Source: Gammaproteobacteria bacterium (GTDB lineage: Bacteria; Pseudomonadota; Gammaproteobacteria; CAJXQU01). From it: a stretch of DNA of 64,000 nucleotides. This document shows positions 1 to 10,845 of this stretch, one piece after another. Each line of letters opens with the position of its first letter. Positions within the stretch are counted from its first letter, which is position 1. Both the position numbers and the translations under genes were made by a program. The notes under the pieces were generated by a model that was not told the DNA's origin, searched no databases, and worked only from the letters and a program-made list of their open reading frames with translations. The stretch spans positions 2,208,001-2,272,000 of the forward strand of contig CBDEGZ010000003.1 in the NCBI GenBank assembly GCA_965238175.1. The letters run 5' to 3'.

Positions 1-885
1 ATAGAAGGTGAAAATCCTGCCATGTCAGATCCAAACCAGAACCACGCACGTGCAGCCTTTACAAAATTAGATCATATGGTTGTCCAGGATATCTTTTTAA
101 CTGAAACAGCAGGTTTTGCAGATGTTATTTTACCGGCTTCAGCTTTCTATGAAAAAAACGGTACTTTTTCGAATACTGATCGTCGCGTACAAATGGGTCG
201 GCAGGTTATTGATCCTCCTGGTGAAGCAAGACAAGATCTAGAGTTAATACAAGAAATTGCCAATCGTATGGATCTTAACTGGAACTATTCTGGGCCAGCT
301 AATGTATTCGAAGAAATGCGCCTTTGTATGGGAAGTATCGCCGGAATGACCTGGGATAGACTTGATAAAGTTGACTCATTGACCTATCCATTAGAAAAAG
401 AAGGTGATCCTGGCACACCGATCATTTTCACCGATGGATTCCCAACAAAATCAGGTAGAGGATTATTTGTTCCTGCAACTTATACTCAGGCTGATGAGCT
501 ACCAGATGAAGAGTTTCCAATAATCTTTATCACAGGTCGTCAACTTGAGCACTGGCATACAGGCAGTATGACAAGACATGCGAGTAAGCTTGATGCTATT
601 GAACCAGATCCAGTTATCAATGTTCATCCAGAAGATTTAGAGGCTCTTGGCTGTGTTGCCGGGGAACTTGTTACTATAGAGTCCCGACGCGGCTCGATAA
701 CTGCTTTTGCTCGGTCGGATATCGGTATTCAAAAAGGTACGCTTTTTATGGCCTTCTGCTACAACGAAGCGAGTGCAAATTTATTGACTACTGATGCGTT
801 GGATCCTTTCGGCAAAATCCCGGAATTTAAATTTTGTGCAGCTCGCGTAACCGCAGGTGGTGAATTAGCAAGACGAGTCAACTAA
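1..885 (+). CDS. Formate dehydrogenase alpha subunit (molybdopterin oxidoreductase), C-terminal part; gene starts before the window
   Basis: Frame is open from base 1 (IEGENPAMSDPN); motifs VVQDIFLTETA, ADVILPA, EKNGTFSNTDRRVQ, TGRQLEHWHTGSMT, KIPEFK. Confidence 0.9.
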   Translation: MEGENPAMSDPNQNHARAAFTKLDHMVVQDIFLTETAGFADVILPASAFYEKNGTFSNTDRRVQMGRQVIDPPGEARQDLELIQEIANRMDLNWNYSGPANVFEEMRLCMGSIAGMTWDRLDKVDSLTYPLEKEGDPGTPIIFTDGFPTKSGRGLFVPATYTQADELPDEEFPIIFITGRQLEHWHTGSMTRHASKLDAIEPDPVINVHPEDLEALGCVAGELVTIESRRGSITAFARSDIGIQKGTLFMAFCYNEASANLLTTDALDPFGKIPEFKFCAARVTAGGELARRVN

Positions 886-915
886 TATAAGTGTTGGCTT
901 CCATAGAAAAATCCG

Positions 916-979
916 TCAGTTAAATTCACGACCAACGAAGTTAACACCTCATGAGGGAGGCAGAAAAATAAAGGTTACA
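916..979. repeat. Dispersed ~63-bp repeat, copy 1 (copy 2 at 18841-18903)
   Basis: tcagttaaattcacgaccaacgaagttaacacctcatg...gttaca aligns with tcagttaatttcacaaccaacgaagttgacatctcatg...gttaca. Confidence 0.7.
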
Positions 980-1115
980 TAATCAAGTTGGCTTGTATCC
1001 TAGAAATGTGTCAATCAGAAACAATGAGTTACACTATTCAACATATAATGGTCAACTAACCTTGCAACATCTGTTTAGGCACTTTTTATCTCCCATATTC
1101 CACAATCTATAATGT

Positions 1116-1319
1116 TGTAGTGTTCAAGTTTTTTTATACTAAGTATAAATGGATTACGCGGCCTCAGCTAATACAGGTGCTACATATTGGTTATAGCCTT
1201 GCTTTAGCTTAAACTCAGCACTGAATGTGCGTCTATTACTCATAAGTTGTACCTTCTTTTCTATGGGCAAATAAAGCCTTACCACTTATCTTTTGGTACA
1301 AATTTATTAGATCACTACA
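1116..1319 (-). mobile_element. Internally deleted IS3-family element (204-bp MITE-like remnant)
   Basis: Inverted ends TGTAGTG...CACTACA; minus strand encodes an OrfA-like start (MSNRRTFSAEFKL) joined to an OrfB-like end (YNQYVAPVLAEAA*). Confidence 0.7.
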
Positions 1320-1494
1320 AGAGTGGGATCCTCATACTTAACAAATTACTACAACGGAAAGATTGAGCCAGGTCCAATTTTAATAAAGTCTGGAAACACT
1401 AAATAAGATAATATAGCGAACTGTTGTGAAAAAAATGATTTGATTTGCTCGCTGTGCAATGTTGATTGTGATGCAAAAGCTTCTCTAAAACCAT

Positions 1495-2970
1495 TTATTT
1501 TGTAGGTGACGTTACAAGAGGTTTTAGATCCGGATCTGCACTTCTCCACCCTCCTCCTAATGTTCGATATATGCGTATCAATCCTTGCGCAAGTTCAATA
1601 TCCGAAGATGTCAGTTGTCGCTCTGATTCGAGCAGTGTCCGTTCTGCATCAAGCACATCCAAGAAAGATTCTGCTCCTGCATTGTAACGAATCTGGACTA
1701 ACTCAACGGCTTCACGACTAGCTCTTGTTGACTCCAGTAACGCGGCATTTCTATTACGTTCTTCTATGTGTTTGATAAGTGCGCTGTCGACTTCTTCTAA
1801 TGCTTTTAGTACCACGCCATCATAACGAGCGAGTTGTGCAACAACACTCGCTTCCGCTTGCTTGATACGTGCTCGGGTAGCATCTCGATTAAATAAATTC
1901 CAGGTGATTCCTGGCCCAATAGTGTAATTTGGAGCGCCCTTTTTCGTTAAGTTTCCAGGTTGGTTCGCACTTATCCCGAAGCTTGCTCCAAAACTTACAG
2001 TAGGGAAAAGATCTGCGGTCACCACACCTATTTGCGAGGTTAACGCTGCCAAACTTCTTTCAGCCTCGCGTATATCGGGTCGACGACGAATTAACTTTGC
2101 AGGCTCTCCTACTGGTAAAAATGCTGGTAACTCTGGTAAGGGTTCTATTTTTTGTAGATCAATATTCAGTTTTTGTGGCGCTTCACCACATAGAAGTGCC
2201 AGCTGATTACTCGCAATCACTCCGTCACTGATGACCGTTGGTAGTTGTGATTCTGTTGATCTTAATTGTGCTATCGCACGCACCGTGTCTAATTCAGAGA
2301 CCATACCCTCTTCAGACATGACAATCGTCAGTTCTAAAGTTTTCTGTTGATTTTCTATATTTTTCTCAATGACTTGACGTTGCTTTTGAGCACCTCGTAA
2401 CCTAATGTAGGTTTCGGCAATATCGGCGATCAATATCCGTTTTACGTCATTATATAAGGCTTCCTGACGTTCGATGTTTGCTTCAGCGACCTCGATACTG
2501 CGCTGAATTCTTCCAAACACATCAAGTTCCCAGTTAAGACCTAGTGAAGCTGTGGTTACAAGGTTATCATCCTGCGCTTCATCCGGAGATCCACCCATCG
2601 TGCTAGATATACGCGAGGCTTCGATTGAACCATTTGCATCAATAGTCGGCTGTAATTGGGTTCTGGATTCTGTTAACAGCGATCTTGCTGCCATTACATT
2701 AGCAAAGGCGACTCTTAAATCCGTATTTTTGGTAAGCGCTTCATTGATCAGGTCATTTAACGCCAGATCTTGTAACTGCCTCCACCAACGATCAGTAGGC
2801 TCTTCATCACTATAGATCAATTGCTTATCTTGTTGAGTTGTCTCAGCTGAGGGAAACGACTCATTTTCTTCGACAGGAGCTTCAGGTGAACCAGCATACT
2901 CAGGACCGACAATAGCACATGCACTAAGAAATAATATAGATGAGATAACTAATATAGCCAATTGATTCAT
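1495..2970 (-). CDS. RND efflux outer-membrane factor lipoprotein (NodT/OprM family)
   Basis: Lipobox LSAC; WWRQLQDLALNDLI, WELDVFGR, RRPDIREAER, LGGGW; ATG at 2970 fits the signal peptide. Confidence 0.9.
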   Translation of the reverse strand: MNQLAILVISSILFLSACAIVGPEYAGSPEAPVEENESFPSAETTQQDKQLIYSDEEPTDRWWRQLQDLALNDLINEALTKNTDLRVAFANVMAARSLLTESRTQLQPTIDANGSIEASRISSTMGGSPDEAQDDNLVTTASLGLNWELDVFGRIQRSIEVAEANIERQEALYNDVKRILIADIAETYIRLRGAQKQRQVIEKNIENQQKTLELTIVMSEEGMVSELDTVRAIAQLRSTESQLPTVISDGVIASNQLALLCGEAPQKLNIDLQKIEPLPELPAFLPVGEPAKLIRRRPDIREAERSLAALTSQIGVVTADLFPTVSFGASFGISANQPGNLTKKGAPNYTIGPGITWNLFNRDATRARIKQAEASVVAQLARYDGVVLKALEEVDSALIKHIEERNRNAALLESTRASREAVELVQIRYNAGAESFLDVLDAERTLLESERQLTSSDIELAQGLIRIYRTLGGGWRSADPDLKPLVTSPTK

Positions 2971-2974
2971 AAAA

Positions 2975-5900
2975 TTAAAATTTCTCATCATTAATCGTTT
3001 CGGATGATCCAACCAAGTCACCAAGCCATCGACAAAACACATAAAAAACCGGTGTAAATATTAAACCAAAGAGTGTTACGCCAATCATGCCAGAAAATAC
3101 CGTCGTGCCGAGTGCCCGGCGCATTTCCGCACCTGGTCCGGTTGCGATAGCCAATGGCAATACACCAAGAATAAATGCAAATGATGTCATTAGTATCGGC
3201 CGCAGACGCGTTCGGGCTGCTGTCACTACTGCATTCATACGACTTAGTCCGCTGTCTTCGCCCTGCTTTGCAAATTCGACGATCAATATTGCGTTTTTTG
3301 CAGCCAGGCCAATCAGCACAATAAAACCCACTTGCACAAGAATATTGTTATCAATTCCTCTAAAAGTGATCCCAGTTACTGCCGCCAACAGACACATTGG
3401 GACGATCAATATGATAGAAAGTGGTAGCAACCAACTCTCATATAATGCCGCTAATAACAAAAACATAAACAAGACAGCTAATCCAAAAATTGCCAGGGTT
3501 GATGTCCCAGTTAGTTTTTCCTGCAAGGCTAATTCTGTCCATTCGAATCCAACACCTTCAGGAAGCAGTGTTTCCAACATACTTTCAACTTTTTCTAACG
3601 CCTGGCTAGTTGCGTAATCTGCATTGGTGCTGCCTGATATATCAATCGCACTGTAGTTGTTATATCTGGCAAGTCTGATTGGACCTGTTCTATCTTCAAT
3701 GGTTAGCAGTGAACCTAACGGCACCATATCACCATTTTCTGATCTCACCCTTAAATTATTTATATCTTGCGCCTCATCGCGAAATGGTCCATCAACTTGA
3801 GCAATAACATTATAAGTTCTTCCTATAAAATTAAAATCATTAACATATCTTGACCCTAGATAGATCTCTAATGTATCAATAATATTTTGGAACGGCACGT
3901 TCAACATTTCAGCACGATTTTGATCAATATTTACAAAGACCCTGGGTGTTTTCGTATTAAAAAAGCTATACACACGTGATAATTCTTTTTGTTGATTCGC
4001 CTCAGTAATAACGCCTTGTGCGATCTGCTCTAACGTACTGATACCAACACCACTTAGATCTTGTAAATAAAGCTTCCAACCGCCTGCTAAGCCTAAACCT
4101 CGGACAGAAGGTGGCATAATCATAAACGCCACAGCTTCCTCAATTTGCCCAAGTGCCTGTTGGGCATTTTGCAAAATATCGCGTGCATGCAGGCCTTTTT
4201 TCTCACGCTCTTCAAAAGGAAATAATGGCGTGAATATTACGCCAGCATTAGAAGCATTGGTAAACGTTGCCCCATCAAGTCCGGCGAACTGAACAGCATG
4301 TTTAATACCATTAACACTACGCAGAATATCGGAGGCTTGCCGAATAACCTTATCTGTTCTTTCAAGACTTGCGCCTGGAGGTAACTGGATCACGGTGATC
4401 AAATATCCTTGATCTTGTTCAGGAATAAAACCCTGCGGGACTTTCTCAAATTCAACGAAGGTAAATACGATCAAGCTGCCATAGACGATCAACATCAGAA
4501 TGATCAACTTCACAAACCAACGGGTAAGGACACCATATCCGCTGGCTAATTTTTCGAAACACAGGTTAAAAGCATGCCCAGGGCCATTTAATAACCGTTT
4601 AAATAAGCTTTGATTTCGATAGGCAGTATGCGGCTTTAACAGCAAAGCTCCTAGTGCTGGAGACAAGGTTAATGAGACGATCAGAGATATTAACGTTGAT
4701 GCAGTAATTGCAATGGCGAACTGTCCATAAAATGCGCCTGAGACACCAGAAATAAAAGCAGTTGGAATAAAGACTGCGATCAAAACCAGTGACATTGCAA
4801 TTAAAGCACCACCTACTTCATCAACGGTTTTATGTGCCGCTTCAATGGGTGACAACCCTTTTCGAATGTAGCGTTCAATATTTTCGACAACAATAATCGC
4901 ATCATCGACAACAATCCCGATAGCCAATACAAGCCCAAACAAAGAGAGATTATTTAATGAAGAGCCCAAAGCTGACATGACAGCGAAGGTTCCTATCAAC
5001 GAGACTGGAATGGCGATAATCGGGATCAATGATGCGCGCCAACTTTGCAGGAAGAACAAAATAACGATGACAACCAGAAATACCGCTTCGAAGATGGTTT
5101 TGTAGATTTCTTCAATAGTCGTTTTGATGAACTGTGTTGGATCATAAATTATCTTATATTCAATACCTTGTGGCATTGTTCTAGAAATGAATGACATCTC
5201 ATCGCGTAAGGCCCGAGCAGTTTCAAGCGCATTTGATCCGGGGCGTTGGAAAATGACAATCGGTAAAGCTTGATCATCATCAAGATAACCATTCGTAGCG
5301 TAATTTCTGGCGGCGAGTTCAACACGAGCAACATCACGTAAACGGATAACCCGTCCATCATCACCTTGTTTTACGATAATGCCGGAAAATTCTTCGGGTT
5401 CTAAAAGTCGTCCGCGAGTTGCTAAGGTGTATTCAAACCCGCCTTTAGACTCAATCGGTTGCTGATTCAGCACACCGGCAGCTATTTGCACATTATTTTG
5501 GCGTAGGGAATTCACTACCTCATCTGCGGTTAATCCACGGGCAAACGCACGTTCTGGATCAATCCAGATCCGCATTGCGTAGGCACGTTCAGCTGCTAAG
5601 AAGGTTTCACCTACACCTGAAATGCGTGCCAGGCGGTCAATAACTTGTGTACGCGCATAATTAGAAACATAAAGTGCATCACGACTGCCATCGGGCGAAA
5701 GTATATGAATTACCATCATTAAATCAGGTGAATTCTTTTTTACATTTATTCCTTGTCGCTGTACTTCTTCAGGCAAGAAAGGCTCAGCTAAGGCGACGCG
5801 GTTTTGTACCAATACCTGGGCAATATCAATATCTGTCCCTTGCTTGAAGGTAACCGTTAACGATGTACGTCCATCTGCTGTATTTTCAGATTTCATATAC

Positions 5901-6133
5901 AGCATGTTCTCGACACCATTGATCTGCTGCTCTAACGCTGTCGCTACCGTTTTCGCAGCAATCTCTGCGGTTGCACCTGGGTAATTCGCGGTGACACTGA
6001 CGCTAGGCGGAGCAATTTCTGGATATTGTGAAATAGGTAGGCTTAAATATGAGATCGCACCAAGTAGCGTGATTAAAATTGATACGACACCAGCAAAAAT
6101 GGGCCGTTCTACAAAAAAATGGGCAATTCTCAC
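2975..6133 (-). CDS. RND efflux inner-membrane transporter (AcrB/MexF-like)
   Basis: 1052 aa; FFVERPIFA, LPISQYPEIAPP, GIVVDDAIIVVENIER, RLRPILMTSFAFILG. Confidence 0.95.
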   Translation of the reverse strand: MRIAHFFVERPIFAGVVSILITLLGAISYLSLPISQYPEIAPPSVSVTANYPGATAEIAAKTVATALEQQINGVENMLYMKSENTADGRTSLTVTFKQGTDIDIAQVLVQNRVALAEPFLPEEVQRQGINVKKNSPDLMMVIHILSPDGSRDALYVSNYARTQVIDRLARISGVGETFLAAERAYAMRIWIDPERAFARGLTADEVVNSLRQNNVQIAAGVLNQQPIESKGGFEYTLATRGRLLEPEEFSGIIVKQGDDGRVIRLRDVARVELAARNYATNGYLDDDQALPIVIFQRPGSNALETARALRDEMSFISRTMPQGIEYKIIYDPTQFIKTTIEEIYKTIFEAVFLVVIVILFFLQSWRASLIPIIAIPVSLIGTFAVMSALGSSLNNLSLFGLVLAIGIVVDDAIIVVENIERYIRKGLSPIEAAHKTVDEVGGALIAMSLVLIAVFIPTAFISGVSGAFYGQFAIAITASTLISLIVSLTLSPALGALLLKPHTAYRNQSLFKRLLNGPGHAFNLCFEKLASGYGVLTRWFVKLIILMLIVYGSLIVFTFVEFEKVPQGFIPEQDQGYLITVIQLPPGASLERTDKVIRQASDILRSVNGIKHAVQFAGLDGATFTNASNAGVIFTPLFPFEEREKKGLHARDILQNAQQALGQIEEAVAFMIMPPSVRGLGLAGGWKLYLQDLSGVGISTLEQIAQGVITEANQQKELSRVYSFFNTKTPRVFVNIDQNRAEMLNVPFQNIIDTLEIYLGSRYVNDFNFIGRTYNVIAQVDGPFRDEAQDINNLRVRSENGDMVPLGSLLTIEDRTGPIRLARYNNYSAIDISGSTNADYATSQALEKVESMLETLLPEGVGFEWTELALQEKLTGTSTLAIFGLAVLFMFLLLAALYESWLLPLSIILIVPMCLLAAVTGITFRGIDNNILVQVGFIVLIGLAAKNAILIVEFAKQGEDSGLSRMNAVVTAARTRLRPILMTSFAFILGVLPLAIATGPGAEMRRALGTTVFSGMIGVTLFGLIFTPVFYVFCRWLGDLVGSSETINDEKF

Positions 6134-6136
6134 GGA

Positions 6137-7339
6137 TTATTCTTCTATCTTTTCTGGTATACGATTTTCTAAAGTCTTTTCATGTGGTGCAACTTCAGCT
6201 CCAGGTCTTGCCCTCAATAAGCCTTCTGTAATCACGCGATCTTGTTCGGTAAGACCCGATTGAACAACTCGTAATCCATCATAGATAGATCCGAGTTTTA
6301 TTTGCTTAGGAACCACTCGGTTTTGATCATCTACAGTCATGACTATTTTCTTATCCATATCTGATAAAATGGCATAATCGGGAACTAATAAAGCCTCACT
6401 AGGGGGACCAGAAGGAATTCGTACACGTCCAAAAACACCCGGTAATAATAATCCGCCAGCATTATTATCAAACGTAGCACGAATTCTGATCGTTCCTGTT
6501 GCATTATCCAGTTGGGTATCGACAAAATCTAATTTGCCTCGATGTTCAAAAGTTGTTTCATCAAGCAATTTCACGCCTACTTCTAAAGCCTGATCAAACA
6601 TGTTATTTAAATTCGAACCTTGTCGAATATACTTAAGATAATCACCCTCAGAAATATCAAAGACAAAATAGATCGGCGTTTGTGCAACAATAGTGGTTAA
6701 ATTCTGTATTCCACCAAGCTGAATAAGGTTACCCACATCAATTTTACGATTAGAAACTCGACCTGATATTGGTGCCGTTATCTGACAATACTCCACCTCA
6801 AGCTCTGCACTACGAACCGAAGCCTTGGCTGCAGCTATGCTGGCTTTTGACGTTTTCATACTGGAATTTCTAACGTCAGCTTCTTCTTGCGACATGGCTT
6901 TTTTCTTTACCAAGCGTTTTGCTCTACCGAGTTCTTGTGCGGCAAGAGAATACTCAGTTTCGGCTCTAAAAAGCTCAGCTTTGGCCGCTTCTACGACAGC
7001 TTCATAGGGGCGTGGATCAATTGTAAAAAGCAGATCGCCCTTTTCTACAAATTGCCCATCTTTGAAATGAATCTTATTTAGGTAACCCGATATTCGCGAG
7101 CGAATTTCAACATGCTGTGAGGCTTCAAAACGTCCTGTGTATTCATTCCATTCTGTTACGGTACGTTTTTCTGGAGATGCTACGGTTACAGACATAGGAG
7201 GTGGTGCTTGAGGCTCCTCTGCAGTTCCTTCACCTGCAGCACACAAACCATTCGAGTTGAGAGAGAGCATTAGTGTCACTAACAGCACCAACACCGGTTT
7301 CGATACTGTGGGTATCAAAGACAGGCCTGAATTATTCAC
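6137..7339 (-). CDS. RND efflux periplasmic adaptor (MexE-like)
   Basis: EYTGRFEA, GQFVEKGDLLFTIDPRPY, ITAPISGR; first gene of the efflux operon. Confidence 0.93.
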   Translation of the reverse strand: MNNSGLSLIPTVSKPVLVLLVTLMLSLNSNGLCAAGEGTAEEPQAPPPMSVTVASPEKRTVTEWNEYTGRFEASQHVEIRSRISGYLNKIHFKDGQFVEKGDLLFTIDPRPYEAVVEAAKAELFRAETEYSLAAQELGRAKRLVKKKAMSQEEADVRNSSMKTSKASIAAAKASVRSAELEVEYCQITAPISGRVSNRKIDVGNLIQLGGIQNLTTIVAQTPIYFVFDISEGDYLKYIRQGSNLNNMFDQALEVGVKLLDETTFEHRGKLDFVDTQLDNATGTIRIRATFDNNAGGLLLPGVFGRVRIPSGPPSEALLVPDYAILSDMDKKIVMTVDDQNRVVPKQIKLGSIYDGLRVVQSGLTEQDRVITEGLLRARPGAEVAPHEKTLENRIPEKIEE

Positions 7340-7483
7340 ATTCTCCCCTTTTATATTATTAATTGGTGTGGCTTCGGTTCATTCAAATCATAATAAAATT
7401 GAAAACAGTGTTATGACTATCCCATACACTTTCCTTTCAAGAAAGTTTATCAGCTATCTGATCGATAATGGAATAATAAAATA

Positions 7484-7958
7484 ATCCGTGGTGTATTTAA
7501 GCAATCACAATTTTCAGATGACTGATGATATTCCTGTTCTGTTTATTGAACCATTGGAAGATAGTTAACACCGTAATTTCCACCTGTATTCTCGTCGAAA
7601 AATCTTGAAACGATTTGGCATAATTACGCCCGCTCATAAATGGGTCACACAGCTGAGAAAAAGTGTTTCAATACTTTTTCTTGCCTTTTTGAGCATGGGT
7701 TTGAATGGTTTTAAATCCGTTTAGTTTTTACGTTTAGGTACTTCTGCGCGTGTCGAATAAATTGCGTTGGTAATCACTACTTAAGTAGCCTTTATCACCG
7801 ATTAAAACACAGTCCTCGAACTGTGTTTTGACAATGAGTTTTAATATGCGAATTTGTCAGAGGAAATCTCTAATAGGCGTAATATCCTGCGATAACCAGT
7901 GTATAAAGCTCATATCATTGTTTTTTTTGCAAAAATACAATGATACTTCTTGACGGGT
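7484..7958 (-). mobile_element. Internally deleted, degenerate IS982-family element
   Basis: Minus strand reads LIGDKGYLS...KARKSIETL.SQLCDPFMSGRNYAKSF with stops and frameshifts; ends ACCCGTCAAG (at 7958) and degenerate ATCCGTGGTGTATT (at 7484). Confidence 0.8.
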
Positions 7959-8126
7959 AATGAGCAACTTACTTCGTTGAATTTAAATAGTATTTTCTAA
8001 AGACACCACAGATTATCGATAAATACTTTTGAAGCTTATCAAGTATTTTAAACTTATGCCGATCAAAGCATTTAGACATAAGAAATGTATAAGCTAATAC
8101 TAAATAAGGACTAGTAAAAAATAGAA

Positions 8127-9155
8127 ATGGATTATTCTGATAGTTTTGACCAAGCACATGAGTTCTTACGAACCGCTCTACCTCTGATTAATAAACATAA
8201 AGTTACTCCTGACCCGATAAATTATGCAGTTTGGTACGCATATTCTGGTGGCCACAATTCCAAATTAACAGAAGCAATTGATAGAATCATTAAATCAGAA
8301 GCCGTTGTTACAAATGAAATTTGTCGAGAGTTATATAATAGCTACATTCAAAACCATGATTTAGTCTCTGCCCAAGTACATGAAAGTGTGAATAAAGTAA
8401 TGAATGCGCTTTCTGTTCAACTATCTGAATCATCTAATAAAACTGAACACTTTGGACAAGTTTTAGATTCTGTCGATAAAGAATTAGGTGAATCTAATCT
8501 TGGTGAAAGCCTGCAAAGCATGGTTGAAAACCTTTCTACAGAAACAAGAATAATACGAAACGTGAATAATGATCTTACTGAAGAATTAATTAACTCTTCA
8601 AATGAACTAGAACAATTAAAGCAAGATCTTGATGACGCTCGACGCGCTGCGAATACAGACGTACTGACAGGAATCCCTAATAGACAAGCGTTCGCAAACC
8701 AAATGGAATTATTGATCAATGAGCAGCGTCCGTTTTGTTTACTGTTAACAGATATAGATTTCTTCAAAAATTTCAATGATACCTACGGCCATATACTCGG
8801 TGATAAAATTCTAAGACTTGTCGCACAATCGCTACAAAAACAATTAAAAGGTCAGGATATGGTCGCTCGCTTTGGTGGAGAAGAGTTTGCAGTCATCCTA
8901 CCAGAGACTCCTTTTTCTGGTGCGCTAGTCGTAGCAGAAAATCTCAGAAAAACCATCCAAAATCAAAGGTTACGACGAACTGATAATAAAGATTATATCA
9001 GTAGTATCACTCTCACTATTGGTGTAAGTATGTATCGGCCTGGCGAAAATATTGAAGATATTATTGAGCGAGCAGACGTCGCACTTTATCAAGGGAAAAG
9101 TGATGGTAGAAATTGTGTTGTTCCTGAATTGCCAGAATTAGTGCCTACTGCTTAA
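8127..9155 (+). CDS. Diguanylate cyclase (GGDEF)
   Basis: TDVLTGIPNR, DIDFFKNFNDTYGH, ARFGGEEF, ADVALY..K..GRN. Confidence 0.95.
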   Translation: MDYSDSFDQAHEFLRTALPLINKHKVTPDPINYAVWYAYSGGHNSKLTEAIDRIIKSEAVVTNEICRELYNSYIQNHDLVSAQVHESVNKVMNALSVQLSESSNKTEHFGQVLDSVDKELGESNLGESLQSMVENLSTETRIIRNVNNDLTEELINSSNELEQLKQDLDDARRAANTDVLTGIPNRQAFANQMELLINEQRPFCLLLTDIDFFKNFNDTYGHILGDKILRLVAQSLQKQLKGQDMVARFGGEEFAVILPETPFSGALVVAENLRKTIQNQRLRRTDNKDYISSITLTIGVSMYRPGENIEDIIERADVALYQGKSDGRNCVVPELPELVPTA

Positions 9156-9198
9156 AACAACAAGTATCAATACGCTTTTTTCTTAAGCTTTAATAAAT

Positions 9199-9225
9199 AA
9201 AAAAGGGCCGCGATGCGACCCTTTT
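9199..9225. terminator. Bidirectional intrinsic terminator
   Basis: aaaaaagggccgcgatgcgaccctttt hairpin between convergent genes. Confidence 0.75.
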
Positions 9226-9252
9226 GTTTATCTATTAGAAAATACTTCTCTA

Positions 9253-10845
9253 CTAATGAGTAGGATTCACCCCTAGAGCTTTAACAGTCTCAATAGTCAG
9301 GAAACGGGTCGGTGTTAAACCTTTCGTTCTCTGATATTTCTGAACAGCATTAATCGTTTGAGTACCTACAATACCATCAATTGGACCATAATAACTACCA
9401 TTTGATTTCAAAGCAGTTTGAATTTCCTGTACTTTCGCAGTCGTCATATTAGCTTGGCAAAGAACGGGTTTCCATTCCATATGGCCTTCACTAACTCTCT
9501 CTGTTTTTGTAACTTTTCCATATTGAGCAGGTATTACAGTACGACGCTCTTGTGGTGACGTTACAAGTTTACGGATAGAAACTGTTTTATACTCAGCAGG
9601 GATCTCAACAGTTCGTGTAGACGCTGGTGTTTTGACCACTTTTCTAGTAACTGTTTTGTACACAGCAGGCTTCTCTGTTAGACATAGCGCATTACCTGTC
9701 GCGTGGCCAGCAGATTTTGCACCTGCTGAACCGGCCAAATGCCAACTCGTAACTGGATCAGAACTTTTTACAGTTTTAGTAATCGTTTGATACGTTTCAG
9801 GTATAGCTATTACTCGCTCCTGTGCAGGTGTAGCCAACTTGCGAATCTTCTGAACTTTATATTGCGCTGGCGTACTCACAGTTTTTGTAGTCGCAGGTGT
9901 TTTCAACACACGCTTAGTGATCGTTTTGTATTGAGCAGGGATCTCAATCAAACACATAATTTCACCAGTGGATTGATCAATACGATCTACAGATCCGGCA
10001 ACACGGTTAGGAATGTTACCTGTCTGACAAGCACCTCCCGAGCATTCTGAGACTTTCCAGGTTGTATAAGCAGGCTTCACTAATACTTTTTCTGTAATAG
10101 TTTCATAAGTTTCAGGTATGGTGACCAATTTTTGAGAAGCATCACTGACCAGCATTCTTTCTTCTGCAGTCTCATATGTTGCTGGAATAACTTCAATCCT
10201 TTGTGAAGCTTCAGACTTAAGCATTCTTTCAGTTACGTTACTGTATTTTGCTGGTTGAATATATTCTGCGTAGCATTGACCAGGTTGAACACTGTTAGAC
10301 ATACCCAATGAACGTGCATAATTTAAGTAGGCATCAGCCGGGTGTGCCGTTTTAGAGTCTCTTGCTGAAGCAACACCATTACGGCCATAATGCCAGTGAT
10401 GTTCAGCATTTTTTACTAAAATCTTCTCAGAAGCGGTTCCATAGGTAGCTGGAACGACAACTAATTTTTGAGAGGCTTCTTTAGCTAAAATTCTTTCTGT
10501 GACAGTTTCGTACTTGGCAGGTATGATTTCTAAACTTTCTCCTGCAGGTTTTGTTTCAACTGTCTCTGTTGAATTTTGAAACTTTGGTGGAACCCAAATA
10601 CGTGCGTAGCATTGACCTGGTGTTGCATTAGGTGGCAACAGATCAGCATTCATAGCGGCCCCAGCAGCAATAGGTGCTGCAGCAACAGCTGTACCAGTTG
10701 CAAGACCAATGCTTGTCGCAATAGGTGCTTGAACGTTTATAAGTTGTGATGAAACTTCATCAGCATGAGCAACACTTGTTCCCAGCGCATATAACCCCAG
10801 CGCACTGAAAGCAACAATATTTTTATTACGAGGTTTAATAGACAT
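9253..10845 (-). CDS. Secreted repeat protein with C-terminal peptidoglycan-binding domain
   Basis: Signal peptide (VAHA), many IPAxYxTVT repeats, C-terminal IQTALKSNG..GPIDGIVGTQT; GGAGG RBS before ATG at 10845. Confidence 0.8.
   Translation of the reverse strand: MSIKPRNKNIVAFSALGLYALGTSVAHADEVSSQLINVQAPIATSIGLATGTAVAAAPIAAGAAMNADLLPPNATPGQCYARIWVPPKFQNSTETVETKPAGESLEIIPAKYETVTERILAKEASQKLVVVPATYGTASEKILVKNAEHHWHYGRNGVASARDSKTAHPADAYLNYARSLGMSNSVQPGQCYAEYIQPAKYSNVTERMLKSEASQRIEVIPATYETAEERMLVSDASQKLVTIPETYETITEKVLVKPAYTTWKVSECSGGACQTGNIPNRVAGSVDRIDQSTGEIMCLIEIPAQYKTITKRVLKTPATTKTVSTPAQYKVQKIRKLATPAQERVIAIPETYQTITKTVKSSDPVTSWHLAGSAGAKSAGHATGNALCLTEKPAVYKTVTRKVVKTPASTRTVEIPAEYKTVSIRKLVTSPQERRTVIPAQYGKVTKTERVSEGHMEWKPVLCQANMTTAKVQEIQTALKSNGSYYGPIDGIVGTQTINAVQKYQRTKGLTPTRFLTIETVKALGVNPTH

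Noticed and set aside
1349-7484. Short ORFs overlapping or antisense to the efflux genes (and similar ones opposite phage genes)
   Set aside because: Shadow frames of well-supported genes with no motifs or RBS.
7804-7829. Hairpin aaaacacagt-cctcga-actgtgtttt as a terminator
   Set aside because: It lies within the IS982 coding remnant (KTQFEDCVL); no independent support for function.
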